This document shows, one piece after another, positions 54,703-64,000 of a stretch of DNA of 64,000 bases; the stretch's first letter is position 1; each line of letters begins with the position of its first letter. Made by a program: the position numbers and the translations under genes. Source of the stretch: an uncultured Gemmatimonadaceae bacterium (GTDB lineage: Bacteria > Gemmatimonadota > Gemmatimonadetes > Gemmatimonadales > Gemmatimonadaceae). The notes beneath the pieces were generated by a model. It was not told the DNA's origin. It did no database searches and saw nothing but the letters and a program-made list of their open reading frames with translations. The stretch covers positions 160,001 through 224,000 of the forward strand of contig CAWHHI010000004.1 of assembly GCA_963829055.1 (NCBI GenBank), read 5' to 3'.

Positions 54703-54850
54703 TCAGGAGGCGTCGACCAGGGCGGACATCCGGCGGCGCGTCGCGGCATCCGGCATTGGCCCGCGCGCGGCGCCGAGGTTGTCCGTCAGGTACTCCATCT
54801 TGGCGGTGCCGGGATGGCCACCGTTACGGCGGGGTGCGAGACGATCAATT
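54703..54850 (-). pseudogene. C-terminal remnant of an aldo/keto reductase
   Basis: With one frameshift it reads IVSHPAVTVAIP(G)TAKMEYLTDNLGAARGPMPDAATRRRMSALVDAS*. No upstream body of the gene is present. Confidence 0.65.
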
Positions 54851-55153
54851 GGCCGGGCGGTGTCGCTCTCGAAAGCGCGATCACGAGTGGGGCCTCGCCG
54901 GTATCGGGAGCCGCCAACGTCGCATGCGTGAAACGGGGACGCGATGACGCCCCCGGCGGGCGGCGCAAATCGGCGGCAAGCGGATCGCTCTAGCGACGAG
55001 CGGCGTGCGCCGTCGTCGCTTAGCCGGCGTCTGCGAGGCGCCGCACGTTGTCGCGTGAGTTCCGGTCAATGTAGTAGTTGTCGGGATCGATCCCGCAGCA
55101 TCCGCTCGTGGCTGTGGGTGCGGCAGGGCTCACGAGGCCGAGGCTCCGACCCA

Positions 55154-55861
55154 TCAGATGGGCGGAGGGCCTGGCGGACCGCCCCGGGCCCCAGCGACCG
55201 CCGCGACCGTGTCGCAGAGCGCACGCGCGACCTGCCACCGAGACTCGACCTTCAACCGGGCGAAGATCTGCTCGGCGTGATTGCGGGCGGTGAATCGGCT
55301 GATGCCGAGCCGCCCGGCGATCTCCGGATTCGAGCGCCCCTCGGCAATCAGGAGCGCGACCTCCGCCTGTCGCAGGGTCAGCCCGCAAGCGCTCATGACC
55401 TGCTGAGGAGTGAGCAGCGAGGCGTCCGGCTCCGCGGCCGGGATCGGCGTGGCCGGCGCTGGCTGGACCGACGCCGCGGCCCGCTCCCGAACGACGCGCC
55501 GCGCCATCGCGTCCACCCGCGCCATCAGCTCCAGCGTGCGAAACGGCTTCGTGACGTAGTCGTCCGCTCCGAGGCGGAACCCCTCGACCTTGTCCGAGTC
55601 GGAGTCGCGCGCGGACAGAATGAGCACGGGGCACCAGTGCCCCTCGGCACGCAGACGTGACAGGACCGCGAGCCCGTCGAGTCCCGGGATGCCGAGGTCG
55701 AGCACGACGATGTCGGGCGGATCGGCGCGCACCATCGCGAGCGCCTGTCGCCCGTCACTCGCGACGCTCGCCTGGTATCCCTCGCTGCGGAGGTTCGCCC
55801 GGAGCGCGTCGGCCAGGTCGTCGTGGTCCTCGACGATCAGGATGCGCAGACTCAGGCTCAC
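55154..55861 (-). CDS. Response regulator (receiver + LuxR-type HTH)
   Basis: ILIVEDH, VLDLGIPGLDG, GADDYVTKPF, then LTLRQAEVALLIAEGRSNPEIA..ISRFTARNH. Start uncertain. Confidence 0.9.
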   Translation of the reverse strand: MSLSLRILIVEDHDDLADALRANLRSEGYQASVASDGRQALAMVRADPPDIVVLDLGIPGLDGLAVLSRLRAEGHWCPVLILSARDSDSDKVEGFRLGADDYVTKPFRTLELMARVDAMARRVVRERAAASVQPAPATPIPAAEPDASLLTPQQVMSACGLTLRQAEVALLIAEGRSNPEIAGRLGISRFTARNHAEQIFARLKVESRWQVARALCDTVAAVAGARGGPPGPPPI

Positions 55862-56127
55862 GTCGTGGACGGCGTTCGGGATGCTGGTCAGGGCGGCGGC
55901 TGCGGGACGCGACGCAATCTCGTCGGGCCGCTCGACGCGGGCATAGGTCACCGTCCCATGTCGGGCGACCCTGCGAGATGACACTTGCTCGCGGTCCGCA
56001 GGAGCGCCATGGGTCTGTGACCCATAGGATACTGGCCTGCCGCAGGTGCACCTTGCATCGTCTCGGCGCCGCGGCAGCGTTCGCAGCGCGGCACCTTTGA
56101 CCGGCAAACTCGTTGCGCCTCGATCAG

Positions 56128-57978
56128 ATGCGACAGACAGTGCGGTCCGCCGTCGCGCGCCGCGGCAGGGAGACGGTCGCCTGGCTCGCCATCGGCGGAA
56201 CGCTGGCGGCGATGTTCCTCACGGCGTATCAGGTGCGTCAGGGCTGGGCGCAGCGACGCCTCGCCGCGGAGCAGGCCGTGCGCGACCAGCCTGACGACCG
56301 CCGCGGTCCTCATCGGCACCGAGGCAGCGAGGATGAGTGCGCTCGAGCTGCGCGCGCTCCTCTGGCCGGCGCTCGCCACGAACGCATCGCCCGAGCTCGC
56401 GCCCGCTCACGCTCGACGAGTTCGCGGGCGCCGGCGCGGAGCAGTTCGCCGCCATGCACGACGATCGCGGCGCCGCGCGGCCGGGTTACTTCCGCCTCGC
56501 GCGGAATGGCCGCGGTGAGTGGACGCCCGAGCTGCGCGGCGCGCTCGCCACCGACTCCGTGTACGCGCGCGCGGTGCTCGACGAGGTCCGTCGCTGTACC
56601 GATCACGTCGACGTCGACAGGCGCGGAGCGCGCATCGTCATCCTCTACCCGAACGTGCGGGGTCTGCCGTTCGTCGTCGGCATGGCGCCGGAGCGCGGGG
56701 CCGACAGGCGCGTGGTCGCCCTGTTCGGCGTCGCGTACGCGCGCACCGCGGCGCTCCGCACGCACGTCGGGCACGTGCTGCACGGGATCTCGCTGCTGCC
56801 GGCGCCCTCGGGCGAACCGAGCGACGGCACCCGTCGTTCCGAATCGGGGCAGGCTCCCCGCCCTGGCGCCAGAGTGGACAACGCGGGCCTCGCCGTGCGT
56901 CTTCGGTACGCGACCGGTTTCCGCGACGCCATCTCCCCCGCCGCGGCCGACGACGCCGTCTGGCGCTCCGGGTTCGTCGCCGCGCGCGGCGTCCCGGGCC
57001 TGGACGGCGGGTTCATCGTCGAGGTGGCGGTGCCGGAGCACGTCGGCCGGCGCTACGTGGAGGCCGCGACGCCGTTAGGCGGCGAGCGGCTGATGCTCGG
57101 CGGCGTGCTGCTTCCTCGGCCTCGGGTTCGCCGCGGCCGCGGCGCTCGGGCTGCGGCGACAGTACAAGCTCGCCGAGGCGCGCAGGACGTTCGTTGCCGC
57201 GGTGTCGCACGAGCTCCGCACGCCGCTCGCCCACGTGAACGCGCTGAGCGAGACGCTGCTGCTCGGGCGCGCGGAGTCGCCGGAGCAGGCGCAGCGCTGG
57301 CTCCGCGCGATCCACCGCGAGGGCCGGCGCCTCAGCGTGCTCACGGAGAACGTCCTGCTGCACGCGCGTGGCGAGCGACGCGGCGTTCGCGCGGCCCCAC
57401 AGTGGACGGATGTCGGCGCGGTCGTCCGCGACGCGGTCAGCCTCGTCGAGGCGCAGGCGCAGGCACGCTCGGCGCGCATCGTCATCGCCGGCACGGCGGT
57501 GGAAGGCACGGTGGGTGACGCTGGCGCCTGGATCGACGCGGCCGCCGTGCGACAGATCGTCATCAACTTCATCGAGAACGCACTGAAGTTCGGCCCCGAC
57601 GGCCAGACGGTGACGGTCACGCTCGACCTCGAGCGCGCGGAGTTTTCCGGCCGCGCGGAGGGTCTGCTGCGTCTGAGCGTCGACGACGAAGGGCCGGGCG
57701 TCCCGCCCGACGATCGCGACCGCATCTGGCAGCCTTTCGTGCGGCTTGCGGAAGGCGGGAGCGCGCCAGCAGGCACGGGCCTGGGCTTGAGCGTCGTGCG
57801 ACAGCTGGTCGCGGAGCTCGGCGGACGGTGGTCGGTGTTCGACGCACCAGGGCGCGGCGCGCGATTCCGCGTCGAGCTGCCGCTCGCCGCGCCGCCTCCT
57901 CAAGTCGTCGAGCGCGCGACGGAGCATTCGACGTCGTCGCTGGCGCAGAGACAGAGGTTCGCCGCGAACGGGCGTTGA
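56128..57978 (+). CDS. Sensor histidine kinase (frameshifted)
   Basis: N-terminal TM, VSHELRTPL, NFIENALKF, DDEGPG, GTGLGL. Confidence 0.87.
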
Positions 57979-57984
57979 GGGACA

Positions 57985-58022
57985 GTAATAAACGACGGCG
58001 CGCGGGGAATTCCCGCGCGCCG
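57985..58022 (-). terminator. Intrinsic terminator-like hairpin between convergent genes
   Basis: CGGCGCGCGGG-GAATT-CCCGCGCGCCG, with a T-rich tail on the minus strand. Confidence 0.65.
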
Positions 58023-58056
58023 CCTGGTGTCTACTCGCTGGCCCTACTCTTCCGCT

Positions 58057-59169
58057 TTACGGAATAAACAGCCAGGCGGCGTTTCGCGCGGCGGTTCCAT
58101 TTCCGTACCCGCCCACAATGAGCACGTGCCCGTTCTCCAGGCGCGTCGCCGTCGAAAAGTTGGCAGCAAGCGCGTTCGACGATGACACCAGCGTAAAGCG
58201 CGCGGTCACTGGGTCGAACAGCTCGGGATCGCCTGCTCCGCCAGCAACAAGAATTCGGCCGTCGACCAGCGGTGTCATCGTCCCTTGATGTTTGTACCGC
58301 GCTCGGCGCAGCTCGCCCGCACTGGAAAAGCGTTCGCTCTGGGGGTCGTAGATCTCTGCATCGCGATACTGACCACGGTCGTCGCGCTCGTCGGAGCCGC
58401 CCGTAATGAGCACCCTCCCATCGGGGAGAATCGCCGCCGCGTGCTTATGCCTTGGCCGAGTCATCGACCCGGTCGTGCGGAATGCGCCTTGTTCCGGATC
58501 GTACAGCTCTGCGCCGTCGTACAGCCGGATCGATTCACGACGACCCGCGTGCCCGCCGGCAATGAGTACGCGCCCGTTAGGCAGAAGTGCTCCCACGTGC
58601 GATTCACGTGCAACGGACATGGCGCCGGTGCGCGTGAATCGCATCGTGGCAGGATCGAACACTTCTGCCGAGGCGAGGAACGAATAGCCGGTGCTGGTTC
58701 CGCCGACGAATAACACGCGTCGATCGCGCAGCGGTATCGCGAGGTGATCGCTGCGTGGCTCGGTGAGGTCAGGACCGCGCGTGAACGTTCCTGAGGCAGG
58801 GTCGTAAATCTCAGTGCTCGCGAGCCACGTTCCATCGTAGCCGCCCGCGATGAGCACTCGACCATCGGGAAGGGACGTCGCCGTATGTCCACCGCGCGCA
58901 CGAAGCAACCCTTGCGTCGGTAGGAAGCGTCTCGTTCCAGGGTCGAAGATCTCTGCGGTGGCGGACGCGTCGGAACCACTTCCGCCAGCAACGAGAACGC
59001 GACCGTCTGGAAGCGGCGTGGCTGTGTGAGCAAAACGGGCAACGCGCATTGGCGGCAGTGCCACGAGCGATGCGGAACCGGGGCCGGTGTCAGCGGTCGG
59101 TTCCATCGCAACACCACAGGCGAGAACGAGTGAGCCCAGCGCAACACGTCGCAGCACGACCGATCCCAT
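58057..59169 (-). CDS. Kelch/galactose-oxidase-like beta-propeller exported protein
   Basis: About 7 repeats of R..H.AT.LPDGRVLxAGG...AEIYDP, with a signal-like N-terminus. Confidence 0.9.
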   Translation of the reverse strand: MGSVVLRRVALGSLVLACGVAMEPTADTGPGSASLVALPPMRVARFAHTATPLPDGRVLVAGGSGSDASATAEIFDPGTRRFLPTQGLLRARGGHTATSLPDGRVLIAGGYDGTWLASTEIYDPASGTFTRGPDLTEPRSDHLAIPLRDRRVLFVGGTSTGYSFLASAEVFDPATMRFTRTGAMSVARESHVGALLPNGRVLIAGGHAGRRESIRLYDGAELYDPEQGAFRTTGSMTRPRHKHAAAILPDGRVLITGGSDERDDRGQYRDAEIYDPQSERFSSAGELRRARYKHQGTMTPLVDGRILVAGGAGDPELFDPVTARFTLVSSSNALAANFSTATRLENGHVLIVGGYGNGTAARNAAWLFIP

Positions 59170-59280
59170 TTTGCACCTCCCATTTGGAGGTAGGATGCCG
59201 CCGACAGCGCAAACGCTGCCAATGACGTCAAATCGAATGCACGATCTCGCCATGTCGTGCCATTATCTATCGCGACATGA

Positions 59281-59365
59281 TACCCTTGTCGCCTTGTCGG
59301 CAGCGCTCGCCCCGGCAATCAGGGCGGTGCGCGTCGATCCGATCGAAGCCCTGCGCTCTGACTGA
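59281..59365 (+). pseudogene. Extreme C-terminal remnant of an ADOP/FtsX-like ABC permease
   Basis: TLVALSAALAPAIRAVRVDPIEALRSD* with no upstream gene body. Confidence 0.75.
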
Positions 59366-59382
59366 ACGAGGGCGCGAACAAA

Positions 59383-59913
59383 TCAGTCCGCGCGCAACGC
59401 GATAGTGGGGTCGACGCGCGCCGCGCGCCGTGACGGGAGCCAACTCGCGACGAGCGCCACCGCCGCGAGCAGCGCCGCGACGACGACGAACGTGACGGGA
59501 TCGCTCGCGCTCACCACGTAGAGCAGGGAGCGCAGCAGGCGCGTGGCGAACAGCGCCAGCGGGATCCCGACCGCGAGTCCGGCGAGCACCGGCGCCATCC
59601 CGCGCCGTAGCATGAGCCCCACCACGTGGGCCTGCGTGGCGCCGAGCGCCACGCGCACGCCGATCTCGCGCTCGCGTTGGCGCACCACGTAGGCGACGAT
59701 CCCGTAGAGTCCCACCGCGGCCAGCGTAAGGGCGAGCGCGCCGAACACGCTCACCAGCGTGGTGAAGAAACGCGGCGTCGCGGCGGCGGCGGCGACCTTG
59801 TCCTGCATCGGGACGATCTGGAGGATCGGCTGGCGCGGCAGTACCTCGCGGATCGCGGCGCGCACCGGCCCCGCGAGCCGCGCCGGGTCGCCGTCCGTGC
59901 GCACGATGAGCGA
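59383..59913 (-). pseudogene. C-terminal fragment of an ADOP/FtsX-like ABC permease
   Basis: SLIVRTDGDP, LAAVGLYGIVAY, REIGVRVALGA, PSRRAARVDPTIALRAD. The N-terminal majority is missing. Confidence 0.85.
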
Positions 59914-60002
59914 CGCATGCGCCCCCACGAGAGGGTCTTCAGGATGAGCACGTCGAGCGTGCCCTGGACCAGGTCGAGGTCTTCGGCGCTGTTGTCGGCC
60001 AC
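59914..60002 (-). pseudogene. 5' fragment of a PadR family regulator
   Basis: MADNSAEDLDLVQGTLDVLILKTLSWGRM, then abruptly joined to permease sequence. Confidence 0.8.
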
Positions 60003-60107
60003 GGCTTCCCCCCCCTAAGGTGTCGAGGGGGAGAGGCCAGCGCGTTGGGCATCTAGCACGTAAGTAGGCAGCCCGCACGTTCAGCCCACATTTTCACTCT
60101 CCATTCC

Positions 60108-61232
60108 ATGCAGAGCAGGCGCGAATTCATCGGCCGAAGCATCGCCGCACTTGGCGCTGCCGCCGCACTCGATCCGAGATCTCTACTCGCTGCCCCCGCT
60201 GCTGCGCCCAAGCGCATCCTCATCCTCGGCGGCACTGGCTTCGTCGGCCCGCATCAGGTGCGCCACGCGCTGCAGCGTGGACACACCGTCACGATCTTCA
60301 ACCGCGGCCGCACTGCGCCGGGCATGTTCGGGAAGGACGTGGAGGAACTGGTTGGCGACCGCGCCACGGATCTCACCGCGCTCAAGGGGAAGAAGTGGGA
60401 TGCCGTCATCGACGAGTCGGCGTCGCTGAGCAGTGCGCCGGAGTGGGTGAAGCTGTCGGCCGACCTGCTCAAGGATGCCACCGACCAGTACCTGTTCATC
60501 TCGACGCGTTCGGTTTACTTCGACACGAGCCGCGTGCCGATGACCGCCGACGCACCCGTGCTCACGCGCGAGAATACGCCGATTCCCGAAGGTCGCCCGC
60601 TCACCTACGGCCACGCGAAGGCGTACGCGGAGAAGGAAGCGCAGGCGGCGATGCCGGGTCGCGTGACGGTCGTGCGCCCGGGGCTGATCGTCGGCCCGGA
60701 AGACGATACCGATCGATTCACGTACTGGCCCGTGCGCATCGCGCGTGGCGGCGAAGTGCTCGTGCCCGGTGACGGGAGTGATCACGTGCAGATCATCGAC
60801 GTGCGCGATCTCGTCGAATTCAACATCAAACTCGTCGAGGATCGCATGTACGGCGTGTTCAACGCGGTCGGCCCGCACATGGGCCAACCGTTCAAGCAGT
60901 TCGTGGCGAGCATTCACAAGGGTGTGGGTAGTCCGCCGGCGACGTTCACATGGGTCGACGCCGAGTTCCTGCGCGCGAACGGCGCGAATCCTTATGGGCG
61001 CGAGCTCCCGGTCTTTCAGGTCATGCAAGGGCGCTCGGCGGGCTTCGCGCGCTTCGACCTGACTCCGGAAATCAAGGCGGGCCTCAAGTTCCGACCGACC
61101 GAAACCACCGCGCGTGAGACGCTCGCATGGTGGCGCACGTTGCCGGCAGAGCGACAGGCGGCGATCAAGACCGGGTTCACGCCGGAGCGGGAGAAGACGC
61201 TGCTCGAGCTCTGGCACGCGCGGGGACGGTAA
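60108..61232 (+). CDS. NAD-dependent epimerase/dehydratase family protein with Tat signal
   Basis: SRREFI twin-arginine motif, [16 protein letters not shown] (YxxxK), RPGLIVGP. Confidence 0.9.
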   Translation: MQSRREFIGRSIAALGAAAALDPRSLLAAPAAAPKRILILGGTGFVGPHQVRHALQRGHTVTIFNRGRTAPGMFGKDVEELVGDRATDLTALKGKKWDAVIDESASLSSAPEWVKLSADLLKDATDQYLFISTRSVYFDTSRVPMTADAPVLTRENTPIPEGRPLTYGHAKAYAEKEAQAAMPGRVTVVRPGLIVGPEDDTDRFTYWPVRIARGGEVLVPGDGSDHVQIIDVRDLVEFNIKLVEDRMYGVFNAVGPHMGQPFKQFVASIHKGVGSPPATFTWVDAEFLRANGANPYGRELPVFQVMQGRSAGFARFDLTPEIKAGLKFRPTETTARETLAWWRTLPAERQAAIKTGFTPEREKTLLELWHARGR

Positions 61233-61252
61233 GGGTCGCCCTTCTTCGTGAG

Positions 61253-61550
61253 CACGTGTCGGCGACCGCGCTGTTTGATCGGCCGGCGTTCAGCACGTGT
61301 CTCAGCGCACGGCATCGTGTTAGGCAACGATGGTCAGAAGATGTCGGAGTCGCGGAAGAACTATCCCGACGTGAGGAGGTGTTCGACCGCGACGGTTCCG
61401 ACGCGATGCGGTGGTTCCTCATGGCGAGCTCGATCCTGCGTGGCAGTGATCTCATCGTCACCGAGTCGGGCATCCGCGACGCAGTGCGTGAGGCCTGCTG
61501 CTGCTGTGGAACAGGTATTCCTTCGTCGCGCTGTACGCGAATGCGGAGAA
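61253..61550 (+). pseudogene. ileS: Degenerate internal fragment of isoleucyl-tRNA synthetase (type 2-like)
   Basis: Across frames: [71 protein letters not shown]. Confidence 0.8.
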
Positions 61551-61899
61551 CGTGGAGGGCCGCACGCGGACGGAATCGTCGGCCGCCTAACGCGCCCAGG
61601 CACGTGCTTCGGACGGTGCCACTTGTGTTCGCCACTCTCTTACGTTCACCCCGATCTTCGTGCGTCGGCGCGGCGGTTGGCCCCAATCGTATCGCTCGTT
61701 GAAGAGCGCGGCCCCGCGTTCCGGTCGCCGCGGGAGCCGGATCATTGACGAACTCGACGACGTCGCAGCCAGGATGGTCGATTCGATAGTATGGGACTCA
61801 GACGATCGCAGTCAGCGCCCGGAACGCGTTGAGTCGAAGCGGTGCGCGAAATTCTTGTGCCGCCGCGTGCACGCTCGTCATATCGCTTCTTGACGCCGC

Positions 61900-63048
61900 T
61901 CAAGAGGTCGCGCTCGGCACGAAGGCAGGGAAAACGGGTGCGGCGGGTTCCGAGATCAGCGACACTGCAGACTCGTACACCCGCATCGGAAACTCGCTCG
62001 CCACTGCTCGCGTCGCCGCACGGATTGCCGGGAGCGCCACATCGCCCTTCTCACGGCTGAGGAAGCTACGCCAATGCGTGGGGTAATAGCGGACGAGCAT
62101 CCCGGTCACGTACGCAATCGCGAACAGGAGCGATAGCGTCGTGAGCGCGATGCCGCCACGGAGGGGCTCTCGGATGAATATCATGTCCCGTGATAGCACC
62201 GAGTCGCCCGCTGCGTTTATCCAACGGGCGGAAGGATCTCAGGCAGCGAGCGATCGGGTGTGGTCGGGAGGATGCGTTTCCATCGGTGCCAATGGTAGGT
62301 CGTCCAGCCAGTGTCAGGCGTTATCTGCGCGTTAGGCGGCAACCGGAACGCTGTTCGTATCCAGGAATCGGTTTCGCCCGGCCGCTGGTCGACGATCAGC
62401 GCGCATCCGCTCGAAGCCAACGCTCCGTCGGTAGGGTACACTGGACCGTGGTCATGAAGGTACATCGCCCGGAGGGCCGACGCTTGACCGAAGGCGTCGA
62501 GGTACGCGTCGACGATCTCTGTCAGGCGGGCGAGCAACTCCCGCGCACTAAATGCAAATCCCTGCGGCAGCGGCGCCGGCGTGGAGCTGCTGGCGCCAGC
62601 GAAACTCTCGGTCCGCGTCGTAGCAATGAAAGGTTATGGCCTCCCGTCCGCCGGTGGCTTCAATGAGCTGCGTGAACGTTCCTCGAGTGACGCGGGTCTC
62701 CGTGTCAGCGAACGCTCTTATGCCTCGAGCCAAGGTCTCATCCCAGTTGTGCGCGTCGAGGCCGTGTTGCTTCGCGAGCGACGCTTCGCGGATGCCCCGC
62801 AACCGGAACAGGATGAGCCAGCGTGCGAGCCCGAGCACCCCATAGTATAGCAGCAGGGGCCGCACAAGCTCGTTGGCGTTCCCGGCCGAGGCGAAGTACT
62901 CGCGCGCCTGAGTCAGCGCCGACGTCATTTCGCGAGCCTTCTCGGCACCAGGCTCGCGCCCGTGGACCTCGGCATACAGCCGCGACACGACATCGCGGCT
63001 CTCATAACTCTCAGGCAGTTCCCACGCAGGACTAAGGGCGTTAGGCAT
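61900..63048 (-). CDS. YaaC-like protein (frameshifted or decaying)
   Basis: QAREYF...RPLLLYYGVLGLA...HGL near the N-terminus and AYVTGMLVRYYPTHW near the C-terminus, split over three ORFs. Confidence 0.7.
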
Positions 63049-63166
63049 AGATTCGTTTGCGGCGTACCGCGAGCCCAACAAGGGCCCGGGTTGCCGCGTA
63101 CACTACTGACCTGGCAGACGCCGGTAGAGTCGCCTGCCACCACCACTCACGAGCCGTCACTGTCAT

Positions 63167-63705
63167 ATGGCCAAGAAATTCAAACCCCCCGACCGGTGAG
63201 AACGCATTCGGAACTCTGTGCCGGACTCGGACACGTCATCTACAATGCGTTACTCCTCGCTCTGAGCCTCCAAGTTTGGCGGGACCGTGGCACGTTCGAC
63301 GGCAGAGTGACCGGCACAGATTTCAATCGCGAGCGCCAGATCGCGCTCGAACTAATGGTGGTGAAGTGCCGTACGTTCAATGATTTCCTCATGTCGAACA
63401 TCAAATTCGAAAAGGACATGGTTGCCTCAGAGTTTACCTATGTCCCGAGCGGTCGCTACACGGAGCTCCTGCACAGTTTTAGGGATGCTGTGAACACCCG
63501 TACGGCTCACCTTTCGTGGACCCGAGTCGAGTCGTTGTCGTTGACGAACTATGACAAGCTGGACGCTGGAGTTGAGAAACTCTCTCTCGACGCACTCGAA
63601 GAAATAGACCATTTCCTTCAAGACGCTGTAACCCGCTTCACGCTCTCCATGGAGGATGACGCGTTTTGGCAAGCCTTCCAACGCGAGTACTCGAAAGTGG
63701 TGTAG
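63167..63705 (+). CDS. Hypothetical protein, possible HEPN-like nuclease (probable indel in the C run at 63185-63190)
   Basis: ATG at 63167 (MAKKFKP) joins the long ORF if one C is added. Contains KCRTFNDFL and RDAVNTRTAHLSW. AT-richer codon usage than the host genes. Confidence 0.55.
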
Positions 63706-63862
63706 CTCGATCCGGTCAAGACTACAACTTGTTAGGCAAGCGACGGCCGGTTTTTGGCGGCGGCAAGATCTGGATCACCGTTTGTCCGGTGTTCGCGAGA
63801 CACGATTTGACGGCTCGCGGGAACCCCCCCCCCGCGTCGCTCTCGAGTGTTCCTTGGTCCGC

Positions 63863-64000
63863 TTACGGCACCGGCTTTGGCTGCTGCTGCTTGATCTTCT
63901 CCATGTACTTCTGGAAGAACCACTTCTGGATGTCCATCATGTTCAGCTCGCGCCCCTGGATGTACGCCTGATCGATGTTCGACGTCATGTCGAGCGGTGT
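63863..64000 (-). CDS. C-terminus of a probable amidohydrolase family protein (enters from window edge)
   Basis: TPLDMTSNIDQAYIQGRELNMMDIQKWFFQKYMEKIKQQQPKPVP*. Confidence 0.55.
   Translation of the reverse strand, partial: TPLDMTSNIDQAYIQGRELNMMDIQKWFFQKYMEKIKQQQPKPVP

Noticed and set aside
58057..63705. Intact prophage, integron or transposon at the right end
   Set aside because: No integrase, transposase, terminal repeats or attC-like array were found, only remnants and compositional shifts.
175..63737. The octamer as a telomere-like repeat (TTAGGC) or as Chi/KOPS
   Set aside because: Copies are dispersed rather than tandem, and both orientations are about equally common, unlike strand-skewed Chi/KOPS.
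1..64000. Hundreds of long Arg/Ala/Pro-rich alternative-frame and antisense ORFs in the track
   Set aside because: These are shadow ORFs expected in high-GC DNA. They overlap genes with clear family motifs.

Overview
High-GC bacterial chromosomal DNA. I infer a Gemmatimonadota-like organism from the PadR/ADOP permease remnants, several TonB-dependent receptors and the overall composition. About 20 otherwise intact genes carry single-base frameshifts, which looks like long-read assembly error. Gene order: copper genes (YcnI-like, CopC-CopD), a YtrA-regulated ABC operon ending in a permease-M1 peptidase fusion, a flavoprotein, a serine hydrolase, an M28 peptidase, an alpha-glucoside utilisation locus (ABC transporter, TonB receptor, GH65, unclassified GH-like protein), AraC modules, NlpC/P60, an AAA ATPase, MscS, a CzcCBA-type efflux operon with a Cys/Pro leader ORF, an Oar-like TonB receptor with a two-component system, a small Cys-rich gene, and a decayed, patchier end (aldo/keto reductase, padR/ADOP and ileS remnants, YaaC-like and HEPN-like genes). 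I saw no rRNA, tRNA, CRISPR array or intact transposase. Three observations stand out. (1) A non-palindromic octamer, CGTTAGGC/GCCTAACG, occurs about 50 times (manual count) on both strands, including inside genes where it forces rare codons. (2) A 55-aa, 14-Cys metallothionein-like gene shares a 16-bp upstream motif with a flavoprotein gene, and the two flank an AraC regulator. (3) A CxxC, proline-tailed leader ORF precedes the czcCBA-like operon. All calls come from reading the sequence by eye; no searches were run.
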